Part shown: positions 38,466-48,103 of the stretch, one piece after another
Layout: every line of letters begins with the position of its first letter
Numbering within the stretch: the first letter of the stretch is position 1
NCBI GenBank assembly: GCA_035593605.1
Contig: DAOSWS010000013.1
Coordinates: 3,371-67,370, forward strand
Length of the DNA stretch: 64,000 bases
Direction: 5' to 3'
Source: Thermoanaerobaculia bacterium
GTDB lineage: Bacteria > Acidobacteriota > Thermoanaerobaculia > UBA2201 > DAOSWS01
The notes under the pieces: generated by a model
Database searches by the model: none
What the model was told of the DNA's origin: nothing
What the model saw: only the letters and a program-made list of their open reading frames with translations
Made by a program: the position numbers and the translations under genes

Positions 38466-39380
38466 ATGGAATCTGAAATCCACGATGCCGGTGTTTCCAA
38501 CAACACAACCTTGATTATTCTGGCATGGCTTTCCATTCTCCTTGTCTCCGATCTTCCCGACATGGCTGCCTCGCTTTTCGGGCCGGTGCCATCCTGGCTC
38601 CTCCCGGGGAAATTGGTCTTTCTGGCTGTTTTTCTTCTGGTTTGCTCCCTTTGGAAGATGGTTCGGCCCCTTCGGCCCTATGCCCTGGTCATGGCGGTAT
38701 TTTTTGCCATGCTGTCTCTCTCCGACGTAATTCGCACGTCGGCCTGGTGGGCCGGTCTGATTGACGAATCGACCCGTTCGTTCACGCTGGCCTACCTTCG
38801 CCCCTATCTCAGGGATATCGGAGTCACCTTTGTGGTTATTCTCGCGCTCTGGATCGTCAAACGGCGGAGAACGGATTTTTTCTTCGTGAAGGGGAATCTA
38901 TCCGCGCCCATCGAACCGGTTCGATGGCTGGGGATCCGCTCCGGGGAGTCGTGGAAGACCTTCGGCTGGATCTTCGGGCTGGTCGCGGCGGCGGCAGTGG
39001 CCTTTCCCACGGTTTTTTCCCTGAAGCCAACCGTAACGGAAATGGGAAGGATTGTGCCCCTCCTTCCTGCGGTGATTCTCTTTGCCGCGATCAACGCCTT
39101 TGCCGAGGAAACGTACTTTCGGGCGACCCTCTTTTCCATGCTTCCCGGGGTTATCGGCAGGGGGCATACTCACCTGATCAACATCCTCTTTTTCGGCCTT
39201 GCTCACTGGCTCTACGGTTCTCCCCCGGGGCTGGTCGGGTTCCTCATGACGGGTTTCCTGGCCTGGATTATGGGGAAGGCCATGGTGGAGACCCGGGGAT
39301 TTTTCTGGCCCTGGTTCATCCACTTCCTTCCCGATGTCGTGGTATTCCTGTCTTATGCCCTTCTCTGGGTGAGGGGGTAA
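38466..39380 (+). CDS. CPBP-family (CAAX/Abi) intramembrane metalloprotease
   Basis: 304 aa, polytopic. Motifs EETYFRATLF (EExxxR), FFGLAHW (FxxxH) and a downstream HF. Confidence 0.6.
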   Translation: MESEIHDAGVSNNTTLIILAWLSILLVSDLPDMAASLFGPVPSWLLPGKLVFLAVFLLVCSLWKMVRPLRPYALVMAVFFAMLSLSDVIRTSAWWAGLIDESTRSFTLAYLRPYLRDIGVTFVVILALWIVKRRRTDFFFVKGNLSAPIEPVRWLGIRSGESWKTFGWIFGLVAAAAVAFPTVFSLKPTVTEMGRIVPLLPAVILFAAINAFAEETYFRATLFSMLPGVIGRGHTHLINILFFGLAHWLYGSPPGLVGFLMTGFLAWIMGKAMVETRGFFWPWFIHFLPDVVVFLSYALLWVRG

Positions 39381-39410
39381 TAGAATGATTCTGTTCTCAA
39401 ACGAAAACTC

Positions 39411-40014
39411 TTATTTCTGGCGGGTGTAGGTCAGCTCCATCGTTCGGACTTCCTTGCCGTCGGGCATCACCATGTACATCTCCATGACGAACTTGTCTCT
39501 GTTGATGTGGGTGTAGACGTTCTTGACCTTCATCTTGGTTCCGGTGGTGTAGTCATCCCATACACCGGTTTCAGTGCAGACCTTGTTTTCCGGATCGCAG
39601 GTCCCCTCGGTGAAGTAAAAGCCCGTGCTCCAGGTGTCTAGCCAGAGGCTGACATACTTTTTGTTATACCGGTCGTACCCTGAAAGCCCGTACCCCTGGA
39701 AGGGCATTCCCATGGCATCGCCCTCGTAGTCGTACTGAATGTAGCGGCCTCCCAGGATGGCCCGCTGAACCGACTTCCCCTTCGATTCCATCGGGGGAGC
39801 TGCGGGATCCATCCAGTATTTGGAGGCCACATCCCATGTCCCGACACCCTCAAGGAGAAGCTTGTGCTCCGGTCCCGGCGTGCCGTACTGCTCCATCAGG
39901 GCCATCATCGCCTGCATCTGGGGATCGACGGCGGGTGCTTCCGCTTCCTGGGCCAGAACGAGTCCGGCCACGCCAAGGATCAACAGTCCCATAAGAATAA
40001 GAGTCCACAATCTC
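39411..40014 (-). CDS. Secreted DUF1579-like protein
   Basis: Start at MRLWTL (ATG 40014, AGGAGG RBS). Signal peptide. The GTWDV...KYW.. block resembles DUF1579. Confidence 0.4.
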
Positions 40015-40090
40015 ATACAATCCTCCTGGTTCATTCGTAATACTGATTGTAGCACTGAGGTTGTCTCCAATGGAGGATTTTGTACTGGCT

Positions 40091-41338
40091 CTACCCCTCC
40101 GGGACCGTGATTTTGCCTGTGAGGGCGGAGTAGGCGGCGGTTAAGGGGCTGGCGAGGTAGGTTTCCCCGTCGCCCTGCTTGCCGCGGAAGTTCCGGTTTG
40201 TCGTGGAGACGGCAACCTCTCCCTTTCCCGTCATGCCGATCTGGCCTGCGGCGCATCCGCCGCAGCCCGGGTTGGAGACGATCGCCCCGGCGTCGTAGAG
40301 GGCCTCCAGGGCACCCGACTTGAGAAGGCTCCCGAAGGCTTCCTTGGTGGTGGGGACCACCTTGACCATGATGCCATCGGCCACCTTCTTCCCCTTCAGG
40401 ACCCGGGCGACCTCTTCGATGTCCGAGACCCTTCCGTTGGTGCAGGATCCGATAAAGACCGAGTGGATCCGTGTACCGGCCACATCCCTGACGGGCACGA
40501 CATCGGCCGGGGAGCCGGGCCGGGCGATGAGAGGTTCCAGGTTGTTCAGATCGATCGTGAGCTCCTCGATATAGGAAGCGTCGGGGTCGGGTGTGATGTC
40601 GGGAAAGTCGGTCCTGCCGGTTCGGGCCTTCACGTATTCGAGAGCTTCCCCTCCGGGCAGGCAGAACCCGATGATGCCGCCCATCTCGGTGACCTGGCTG
40701 CAGAGGGTGATCCTTCCGTCCAGGGAGAGCTCGTCGATGGCGGGCCCGAGAAACTCGACGGCACGGTTCAGGGCGCCCCGTGTTCCCAGTCGTTCCATGA
40801 CCTTAAGCGTCAGGTCCCTGGCTGTACAGGGATCGGAGTATGAACCGGTGAAGGTGACCTTCATCGAGGGTGGTACCTCGAACCAGGTCTTTCCTGTTTT
40901 GAAGGCAAAGGCGATGTCCGTATCGCCCATCCCCTGGCCGAAAACGCCCACAGCACCCAGGATGTTGAAGTGGGAATCGGTTCCGACGGCCGTGTCCCCA
41001 GGTCCGACGAGACCTTCGTCCAGGAGGACGTGGGTTCCAACCCCGGCATCCACATCAAAGACCCGGATTCCCTGCTCTTCGGCGAAAGTTCGGCATGTCA
41101 TCTGGTTGTTGGCGTAGGGAATTGTATTGGCCGGCGCGTTGCAATCGAAGGTGAAGTAGGTCTTCGCCACATCGGCTACCGGATCGGATCCGTAATTCTT
41201 CCGGTAATTCTTTACGACATTGGCGCCGGCGAAATCTCGCGCGGTACGAACGTCGATATCCAGCCAGATGATGGCACCCGGCTTTACCGGGTCACTGGAA
41301 TGTCGAGAAAAGATCTTTTCGATGATTGTGAAGGCCAT
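40091..41338 (-). CDS. leuC: Aconitase-family dehydratase large subunit (LeuC/HacA type, about 415 aa)
   Basis: N-terminal MAFTIIEKIF...DIDV..ARD, colinear with short-form LeuC/HACN large subunits. No leuD-like small subunit is adjacent. Confidence 0.6.
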   Translation of the reverse strand: MAFTIIEKIFSRHSSDPVKPGAIIWLDIDVRTARDFAGANVVKNYRKNYGSDPVADVAKTYFTFDCNAPANTIPYANNQMTCRTFAEEQGIRVFDVDAGVGTHVLLDEGLVGPGDTAVGTDSHFNILGAVGVFGQGMGDTDIAFAFKTGKTWFEVPPSMKVTFTGSYSDPCTARDLTLKVMERLGTRGALNRAVEFLGPAIDELSLDGRITLCSQVTEMGGIIGFCLPGGEALEYVKARTGRTDFPDITPDPDASYIEELTIDLNNLEPLIARPGSPADVVPVRDVAGTRIHSVFIGSCTNGRVSDIEEVARVLKGKKVADGIMVKVVPTTKEAFGSLLKSGALEALYDAGAIVSNPGCGGCAAGQIGMTGKGEVAVSTTNRNFRGKQGDGETYLASPLTAAYSALTGKITVPEG

Positions 41339-41339
41339 G

Positions 41340-42806
41340 TTATTTCTCCGGGAAGAAGGATGCGAGGGTCTCTTTGGACGGAGGGGGGGTCAGGTAGGAG
41401 ACGATGACCAGCGCCAGGAAGGATACGGCAAAGGCCGGGTAGATCATGGGAATGCCGTAGGGGTCGCCGCCGGGGCAGAGATCGGGACGGACCGCAGTGA
41501 AGATCTTGAGGCCGAGGGTGACGATGATTCCCAGAGACATCGAGACGATACCCGCTGTCTTTGTCGCTCGCTTCCAGGCCAGGGCGGCGATCAGGGCTGG
41601 CGTGATGGCCACGCCGTAGATCGTGTAGGCGAAGTAGCTCATGGAAAGGACTGACGTGAGGCGGGTTGCCAGGAAGAAGGCTACGACCCCCAGGAGAACC
41701 ACGAATACCTTCTGGAGTGCGACCATTGATCCCTGGCTGGCGTCCTTGTTGATAAAGCGCTGGTAAACGTCGCGCATGATGTTGGTTGTGGGGGAGAGAA
41801 GGTAGTTCATTCCCGTGGAGATGACAACGGCGCAGGCGGCGCCCAGGAGAAGGATTCCAATGGGCAGGGGAACCAGCTCCCGTGCGGCCATGAGGACCAG
41901 CTTTCCTCCCTCCTTGGGGATCGTGAGGTCGAGACGATCCTGGAATTTGCTGTAGGCGAAAACGGCAATGATCACGACAACCGTTTCGACGAAGATCGTT
42001 CCAATGACCCAGAGGAGGACAGCCTGCTTCGCATCCTTGGGGGTCCTGGCCGAATAGAACTTCTGGTACATCGACTGGATGCCCAGGAGGAGGAGGAGCG
42101 TGCTCAGGAAGTACCCTCCCGCTTTGAGGATCGGGTGGGCTCCAAACGTTTCGTTCACGATCTGAAAGTGACCGGCGGGAAGGACCTGCATGGCGCCGGA
42201 AAGACCGCCGGCCGCCGCGTAGACGAAGGGGACCGAGGTGATGCAGGCCAGGAGAATAATGATGCCGTTGGGCAGGTCGGTATAGGCCACGGCTACCATA
42301 CCCGCCAGGGCGGTGAAGAGGATGACGAAGGCGGCCGTGATCAGGGTTCCCGTGGAATCGGAGATGGCTCCGTCCGTGATGACGTTAAGGATAAATCCAC
42401 CCGCCACGAACTGGTAGGATACGATGGCTGTGAAGGAGATAATCAGGGCGATGGCCCCGAGGATGCGGGCTACAGGACCGTACCGGACTTCCAGGATGTC
42501 ACCGATGGTGTACTGGCCGAAGGTGCGGATTTTCCCGGCCAGAAAGTAGATGAGGATAATTCCGACCCAGGCGCCCGCGGCGAGCCAGAGGCTCGTGAAT
42601 CCGGCCTGGGCGGCGTACTCCGCTCCGGCGATGAAGGTTCCCGAGCCGATCCACGTGCAGATCAACGTAAAGACCATGACCCGAAGCGGCAGGGACCGGC
42701 CCGCAACCATCATGTCATCCTGCGTCTTCACCTTGCGGGCGCGGAGAAAATTAAAGACCGTCAGGACAGCCAGGTAAGCAACCAGGAGCCAGAGGTAGAT
42801 CGTCAC
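41340..42806 (-). CDS. Sodium:solute symporter (SSS family)
   Basis: 488 aa, about 13 TM helices. The N-terminal G..D...AGR segment is typical of SSF transporters. Confidence 0.65.
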   Translation of the reverse strand: MTIYLWLLVAYLAVLTVFNFLRARKVKTQDDMMVAGRSLPLRVMVFTLICTWIGSGTFIAGAEYAAQAGFTSLWLAAGAWVGIILIYFLAGKIRTFGQYTIGDILEVRYGPVARILGAIALIISFTAIVSYQFVAGGFILNVITDGAISDSTGTLITAAFVILFTALAGMVAVAYTDLPNGIIILLACITSVPFVYAAAGGLSGAMQVLPAGHFQIVNETFGAHPILKAGGYFLSTLLLLLGIQSMYQKFYSARTPKDAKQAVLLWVIGTIFVETVVVIIAVFAYSKFQDRLDLTIPKEGGKLVLMAARELVPLPIGILLLGAACAVVISTGMNYLLSPTTNIMRDVYQRFINKDASQGSMVALQKVFVVLLGVVAFFLATRLTSVLSMSYFAYTIYGVAITPALIAALAWKRATKTAGIVSMSLGIIVTLGLKIFTAVRPDLCPGGDPYGIPMIYPAFAVSFLALVIVSYLTPPPSKETLASFFPEK

Positions 42807-42892
42807 GAAACCTCCCTATCAATCAGCGGTAATGTAGTGGATTGTAGCACAGAGCCGGGCCGGACTCTTGCGATTTGTATCGATCCGGAAGC

Positions 42893-44572
42893 TCAGGGAC
42901 AGGCGTTGAGGGATGCCGCTATGTGTGTGTCCCGGGAGACCGGCTGACCCGCACAGCCGCAGTCGTAGGATCCTTCTGTCGGGGCCGCCGCCCGGACCAG
43001 GTAATACCATCCCTCCCCGGCAAGGGGCATATTCGAATCGGATGTCGCGGGAGACGATCCATCATTCACAAGACAGTCAAGGAGGCTTCCGGTGAAGTCC
43101 CCGTTTCCCGCCCGAAGAAGCATCAGGTCTCCCTTGACGACATCGTAGGCCGTCGCGGAGGGAACCGCGTCCCAGGTGAGAGTTCCATCGGATGCAAGGG
43201 TCAGGAAGGCAACAACGGAGGGTGAGATCGGCCGCTCCAGGGCGCCGATGTCAAGGCGGCAGTCGAAGGGGCGGGGCAGAGGGTCGCCGGGATCGGGAAC
43301 CGAATGACCGGGGGGGTGGGTACGGGGCACGGGAAGGGGCTCGGGGAAGGGGAAATCGGGATGGGTGGGCAGATCCGCTTCCGCATGGTCCAGAAGGGGA
43401 CTTCCCGGCGCAGGGAGGAGGTCGTTGGCCGGAAGATCCGAAAAGCCGGGATCGGAGCCGGTTAGAGTTCCCGTCCATCCGGAAGGAATATTGGTCGATC
43501 CCGTGGTGACCCAGTTGTCCGTGCCCACCATCTGCTCCCCGTCTGTCCATTCCGCTTCCACGGTCCGTGTGACGTTCACGGCTCCGCCTCCCGCCCGGAA
43601 GAGGACATTACCATGCATTTCGATGCTCTGAATCCCGTCGAAGATGCGGAAGACGACGCCGGACCCGGGAATGATCGTGTTATTCACGAACCGGTACCGG
43701 CCGTTGCTCTGACCCGTTCCGTCACCCCCCGGCCGGATCACCGCAAAGTCGTTCCGTTTGACCAGGACATTCCCCACGACGTCGGAATCCTCCCGGACCA
43801 GGCCTTCGCTCCATTCGTCCGGCGCACCTCCCGGGTCGGGCCCGATCAGCTCCAGCTCGTGATAGTAGGCACCTTCAATCCAGTTGTAATAGATTTCGTT
43901 GCGCTCGGCCCGGCTCTTGACGTTGTTTCCCCCGTTGCCGTCGTGGATGTAGCAGTGAACCATCCGGAAGACGCTCCCCGGGTGGTGGACTTCATCGGTG
44001 GCCATGTAAATCTGGTGCTGGCTCCCGTCGTTCCCGCAGTGGTAGACCTCCACTCTTTCCAGAGTGGCCGAACCCGAGCCCTGGTCGGCTCCCAGAATTC
44101 CATGGGCCGGGCAATCGTGGACGAGGGTGTCCCGGACGGTGAGGTCGTCGGCCTGGTGAAAGATGCCGCGGAAGGACCCTGCCGTAATCTCGAAGTTCTC
44201 CAGGATGTAGTGGTTGGCGCCATCGTCGGGAACATTTGGGTTCGGAGTGGAAAAGGTGATCGTATTGGTTCCTCCGGAGAGGATCGGCCGGTTTCCATTG
44301 ATGGAAATCCCCCTGATGGTAATGGGAGACCCGGGCAGGCCGGGCCGCTCGAAGATGACTCCTCCGGGGTAAGTGTGGTCCCCGTCTACCTCCACGACAT
44401 CCCCCGGGTTGACCAGATCCACGACTTCCTGGAGACTGGCATAGGTCTTTCCCGGTCCCACCTGGAGCGTCGCGGCATCTAAGGTGAGCGGTAGAATCGT
44501 GCTGACAAGAATGAGTACAGGAAGCGAAAATCTGAATCTCGAAGGGGTACGTAGAAAGCTGGTCACGATCAT
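42893..44572 (-). CDS. Secreted right-handed parallel beta-helix (pectin-lyase-fold) protein
   Basis: About 559 aa from MIVTSF (ATG 44572). Signal peptide, then NxxGxxxNG-type beta-helix repeats (GISINGNRPILSGGTNTITF..). Confidence 0.5.
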   Translation of the reverse strand: MIVTSFLRTPSRFRFSLPVLILVSTILPLTLDAATLQVGPGKTYASLQEVVDLVNPGDVVEVDGDHTYPGGVIFERPGLPGSPITIRGISINGNRPILSGGTNTITFSTPNPNVPDDGANHYILENFEITAGSFRGIFHQADDLTVRDTLVHDCPAHGILGADQGSGSATLERVEVYHCGNDGSQHQIYMATDEVHHPGSVFRMVHCYIHDGNGGNNVKSRAERNEIYYNWIEGAYYHELELIGPDPGGAPDEWSEGLVREDSDVVGNVLVKRNDFAVIRPGGDGTGQSNGRYRFVNNTIIPGSGVVFRIFDGIQSIEMHGNVLFRAGGGAVNVTRTVEAEWTDGEQMVGTDNWVTTGSTNIPSGWTGTLTGSDPGFSDLPANDLLPAPGSPLLDHAEADLPTHPDFPFPEPLPVPRTHPPGHSVPDPGDPLPRPFDCRLDIGALERPISPSVVAFLTLASDGTLTWDAVPSATAYDVVKGDLMLLRAGNGDFTGSLLDCLVNDGSSPATSDSNMPLAGEGWYYLVRAAAPTEGSYDCGCAGQPVSRDTHIAASLNACP

Positions 44573-44681
44573 CCCGGAATCAGTGTACCGCCAGGTCATG
44601 ACTGCCTTCCCGTTCCATCTGGGGATTCCAGCTGACAATAAAGGAAAAATACGATTCGAGAAGTATGAGGGAATTGGCCAT

Positions 44682-45596
44682 CTAATCCTTCTCGAACGGC
44701 CGTTCATGGGACCGGCGGAGGACATACACAGCATCAATACTGAATAAATAGAATTTGCCGTCAATAGGATAGTAGACCATGGGTCCATTCACGGGGGTAT
44801 CTAAACCGATTATTTTTCTCCATTTATAATCATTGTAAATCATCGTACTTTCCCAGGTCACGATCCCGATTAATCCTCTTATCTCAGGATTATATTGAAT
44901 GCCTGCACCTGATTGTGGATCAACACCATTAGGATAGGGAGCTTCAATTTGCCGCAAGGAAACCCCACCCCATTCCCATACTTCGATTACGTGACCGAAG
45001 TTTGTTGTACCAACATATACGGTGCTCCCCGTTTCAGGATTGAAAGCCACGCTTGCATTACTGTCAAGGACCATGGCTTGAGGAAACGTGTAGAATCTAC
45101 TCCCATCGAATTCGATGATTTTATTATCTCCCCAAAGAAATGATACGGCTCTCTTTCGAACCGTATCATAAGCGGTCAGGGGCGATCCTCCCGTTTTATA
45201 AATTTTCCAGCATAAGGATTCGTCCCTCTTTAATATGGACAAACCTACATTGATATTGCCTGGATCACCACAAATTTGAAATAAGGTTAACTCCTGCAGA
45301 TTCTCATCAAAAACCAATCCCTGAGGCCTCATCCAGCATTTAAGAGATGATGGATAGGTTGTTTTACATACGTACTCAAAGGTTTTTCCATCAAACGTCC
45401 ACGTGTCATAGGTGGTTAAGGCATCATCGCCTTCCCCGGAGGCATTGAGGATGACGATTTTTTGCTGGGTAGGATCATAGGCTGCATTTTTCAAATAGTA
45501 GGTATAGGGGACTTCAATATCCAGCTTCTCCCACTTCCATCCGGAAAAGAGGGTGCAGGGGAGCAGGAGCAGAATGAAGGCGAATAACTTATTCAT
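44682..45596 (-). CDS. Secreted Kelch-like beta-propeller protein, paralog B (AT-shifted composition)
   Basis: 304 aa. Signal peptide MNKLFAFILLLLPCTLFSGWKWEKL. Periodic YDxxxxK(I/A)V blade motifs. C-terminus ...VLRRSHERPFEKD. Its start overlaps the paralog A stop (ATGA). Confidence 0.55.
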   Translation of the reverse strand: MNKLFAFILLLLPCTLFSGWKWEKLDIEVPYTYYLKNAAYDPTQQKIVILNASGEGDDALTTYDTWTFDGKTFEYVCKTTYPSSLKCWMRPQGLVFDENLQELTLFQICGDPGNINVGLSILKRDESLCWKIYKTGGSPLTAYDTVRKRAVSFLWGDNKIIEFDGSRFYTFPQAMVLDSNASVAFNPETGSTVYVGTTNFGHVIEVWEWGGVSLRQIEAPYPNGVDPQSGAGIQYNPEIRGLIGIVTWESTMIYNDYKWRKIIGLDTPVNGPMVYYPIDGKFYLFSIDAVYVLRRSHERPFEKD

Positions 45597-46516
45597 GGTT
45601 TCTCGAACGGCCGTTCATGGGACCGGCGGAGGACGAAAACTCCGTCGAGGTAGGTGATGAAGTACATCTCTCCATTTGGAGGGTAATAGATGACAAGGTT
45701 ACCCCATGGTGTGTTTCCCTGGATCAGCGGTTCCCATTTCTTGTTTTTGTATAGCAGTGCCCCCTTCATTCCATAGGGTGACACAGACCCTCCCAGAGCC
45801 GGATGATATGCAATGCTGTAGGGTGAATACGAACTGACATCATATCCAGCAGGGGGGGAAGGATTAACTGCAATTAAATTAATCCCATCCCATTCATACA
45901 GAATTACAGAAGGTTTAGTATCCCAACCAAAATATATTAATTTTTGGGTAGTCTCATCAAAGGTAATATAACCTTGGTCTCCAAAGGTATATGGAAAGCC
46001 AGAGAAAGTATAAATGGAGGTGCCATCATATTCATAAATCTCATTATAATTCAATGAAAAAAAGACGGCTCGTTTTCTAATTGGATCAAAACCGGCATCA
46101 TAAGACAAGCCTTGACTAAAAGTCTTCCAACAATAGTAACTGTCCTCTTGTAATAAATAAAAATTCAGATAGGACGAATACGGATTACTGCATAATTGGC
46201 AAGATACCAATTTTTGCAGATTCGTATCCCAGAAAAGTGAACTAGTTGAATAAAGAAAACAGGAAGAAACACTGTCTGGATATCTTGTGCAAACCTTTTC
46301 AAAAGATTGGCCGTCAAAGAGATACGTGTCATAGACATCACTGCTCTGAGCATCATCATTGAGGTTTAGGATGACGATTTTTTGACGGACTGGATCGTAT
46401 GCGGCAGCAGTTGTGGAAGGATGAAAAGGGACCTCGATATTTACCTTCTCCCACTTCCATCCGGCCGTGAGTGAAGCGGCGTAAAACAGGATACAGAGAA
46501 TCGGTACTTTTTTCAT
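45593..46516 (-). CDS. Secreted Kelch-like beta-propeller protein, paralog A (AT-shifted composition)
   Basis: 307 aa. Signal peptide MKKVPILCILFYAASLTAGWKWEKV. About 35% identical to paralog B, with an identical C-terminal VLRRSHERPFEK tail. Confidence 0.55.
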   Translation of the reverse strand: MKKVPILCILFYAASLTAGWKWEKVNIEVPFHPSTTAAAYDPVRQKIVILNLNDDAQSSDVYDTYLFDGQSFEKVCTRYPDSVSSCFLYSTSSLFWDTNLQKLVSCQLCSNPYSSYLNFYLLQEDSYYCWKTFSQGLSYDAGFDPIRKRAVFFSLNYNEIYEYDGTSIYTFSGFPYTFGDQGYITFDETTQKLIYFGWDTKPSVILYEWDGINLIAVNPSPPAGYDVSSYSPYSIAYHPALGGSVSPYGMKGALLYKNKKWEPLIQGNTPWGNLVIYYPPNGEMYFITYLDGVFVLRRSHERPFEKP

Positions 46517-46635
46517 CGTAGCGGCTCGCTGGATTCCATTATACTGTCAACGATCCGATGATGCATTTCCTTGAGATGCGGATTGCGGATTCAGGTCATT
46601 TCAGCCTTTGCTGCGAGATAGTGACCGGACCTGTA

Positions 46636-47571
46636 TCAGGAACCGCCCCGGCGGAACATCTTTTTCCGGAGAACGTCTCGGAAGGGAAGCTGGCGGACAA
46701 GGCGGTAGAGCCAGGTGGGATAGATGGTTACTTCGCCCTGGTGCTTGAAGCACTCGGCGCACCGGGGAAGGTAGGAGAAGTCGTGGTTGAGGAAAGCGTC
46801 GTGGATCGACTTCAGGACCGGGCTCTTCGCGATTTCGACGATCGATTCCTCCCGGGCATTCCCGATGATCTGGTGGCCCTCGTAGTCGTAACAGCAGTGG
46901 GTGACCGTTCCGTCAGCCAGGACGACGAACCAGTTGAAGGGGCCGCCCTGGAAGCATCCGGCGTATACACCGTGAAGCTCCGTGGCGTCTGTCGTGTCCA
47001 GGGCTTCGCAGGTCTTTTCGATGACACGGGCGTTAGGGTAGTCCTTCAGGTTGAAAAGCCGCTCGAAATCCTTCACCGATTCCTTCAAGGTGATCCGGGT
47101 GATCATTCGCTGAATCTGAATGTCGATGGGCTTTCCCCGGGCAAGTTCGAGGAAACGGCGCGTGTTTTCCACGACAACATCGAACTTGCCTCCGATCCGG
47201 ATCTTTGGGTAGATCTCCGGATTAACCGTGTCGAGGCAGATTCGGATATGCTCCAGGGGGGTCGTGAGGATCTTTTCCGAGACGGATTCCTTCAGGAGGC
47301 CGCCGTGGGTGGAGAGGGTTACCTCGGGAAAGAGGTTCAGGGCCTCGATGATGTGGGGATAGATCAGGGGTTCCCCCATCTCGTGAAGCCAGCGCACCTT
47401 CACGCCCATTTCCCGGATTTCGCGGTGCAGTTTATGAAGAAGGTCCAGGTCCATGTGGACGAAGCCCCGCTTCATCGTCTTCAGGGGACACATGGCGCAC
47501 CGCAGGTTGCAGTAGGAGGTGACTTCGAGAGCGATCCGCGCGCGGGTCAGGTCGATGGAGGGCTGATCCAT
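46636..47571 (-). CDS. Radical SAM / SPASM-like domain protein (putative protein- or peptide-modifying maturase)
   Basis: About 311 aa from MDQPSIDL. Has CNLRCAMCP (CX3CX2C) and a C-terminal Cys cluster (HCCYDYEGH...PRCAECFKH), typical of SPASM/twitch auxiliary clusters. Confidence 0.6.
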   Translation of the reverse strand: MDQPSIDLTRARIALEVTSYCNLRCAMCPLKTMKRGFVHMDLDLLHKLHREIREMGVKVRWLHEMGEPLIYPHIIEALNLFPEVTLSTHGGLLKESVSEKILTTPLEHIRICLDTVNPEIYPKIRIGGKFDVVVENTRRFLELARGKPIDIQIQRMITRITLKESVKDFERLFNLKDYPNARVIEKTCEALDTTDATELHGVYAGCFQGGPFNWFVVLADGTVTHCCYDYEGHQIIGNAREESIVEIAKSPVLKSIHDAFLNHDFSYLPRCAECFKHQGEVTIYPTWLYRLVRQLPFRDVLRKKMFRRGGS

Positions 47572-47620
47572 TGTTTTATCTCTCATCAAACGGCCGTCCG
47601 GCTTCCCGTATTCCTGGGTC

Positions 47621-48103
47621 TCAGTCCTCCACCGCCATTTCCACCATGACTTTAGCCAGTTCTGCAAGTTCTCCCGCCGCAACGTTAACGGCCGTGACGG
47701 TTCCTTCCACCGGAGCTGTGACCGGGTGTTCCATCTTCATCGATTCGATGATGATGAGGGGTTGTCCCTGAGTCACCGTGTCGCCCGGCTGAACCAGGAC
47801 CTTCACGACGTTTCCGGGCATCGGGGGCCGGATCTTCCCGTCGAAGGAGGCGGCTGCGGCATCTTCTCCTCCGGAGCTGATCGAGCGCTGAAGGTGAATC
47901 GCGTGGCCGTCGATGTGGAGATAGGTATGGTCCTTAACCGTTACCTGGGCCGCCCGGATTGTCCGTCCGTTAAGCGTAACCAGGGGGCCGGATATGGCGG
48001 CTTCCAGGGTGTCTTCTCCCCGGCGGACGGTGATCCGGTTTTCCCGGGACTCGACATCCACTTCCCAGATATCCTGACCGACGTGAAATCGTTCTCGTTT
48101 CAT
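47621..48103 (-). CDS. Biotin carboxyl carrier (biotinyl/lipoyl-attachment) domain protein
   Basis: Start at MKRERF (ATG 48103), which overlaps the upstream stop (ATGA). C-terminal IIIESMKMEHPV biotinylation motif (MKM). Confidence 0.6.
   Translation of the reverse strand: MKRERFHVGQDIWEVDVESRENRITVRRGEDTLEAAISGPLVTLNGRTIRAAQVTVKDHTYLHIDGHAIHLQRSISSGGEDAAAASFDGKIRPPMPGNVVKVLVQPGDTVTQGQPLIIIESMKMEHPVTAPVEGTVTAVNVAAGELAELAKVMVEMAVED

Noticed and set aside
44484-44747. 87-aa plus-strand ORF between the beta-helix gene and paralog B
   Set aside because: It overlaps the starts and ends of better-supported minus-strand genes, and its frame crosses the conserved 33-bp block antisense.
46558-47649. 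363-aa plus-strand ORF overlapping the radical SAM gene
   Set aside because: It is antisense to an ORF with clear CX3CX2C and SPASM-like motifs, and its own translation has no motifs and a skewed composition.
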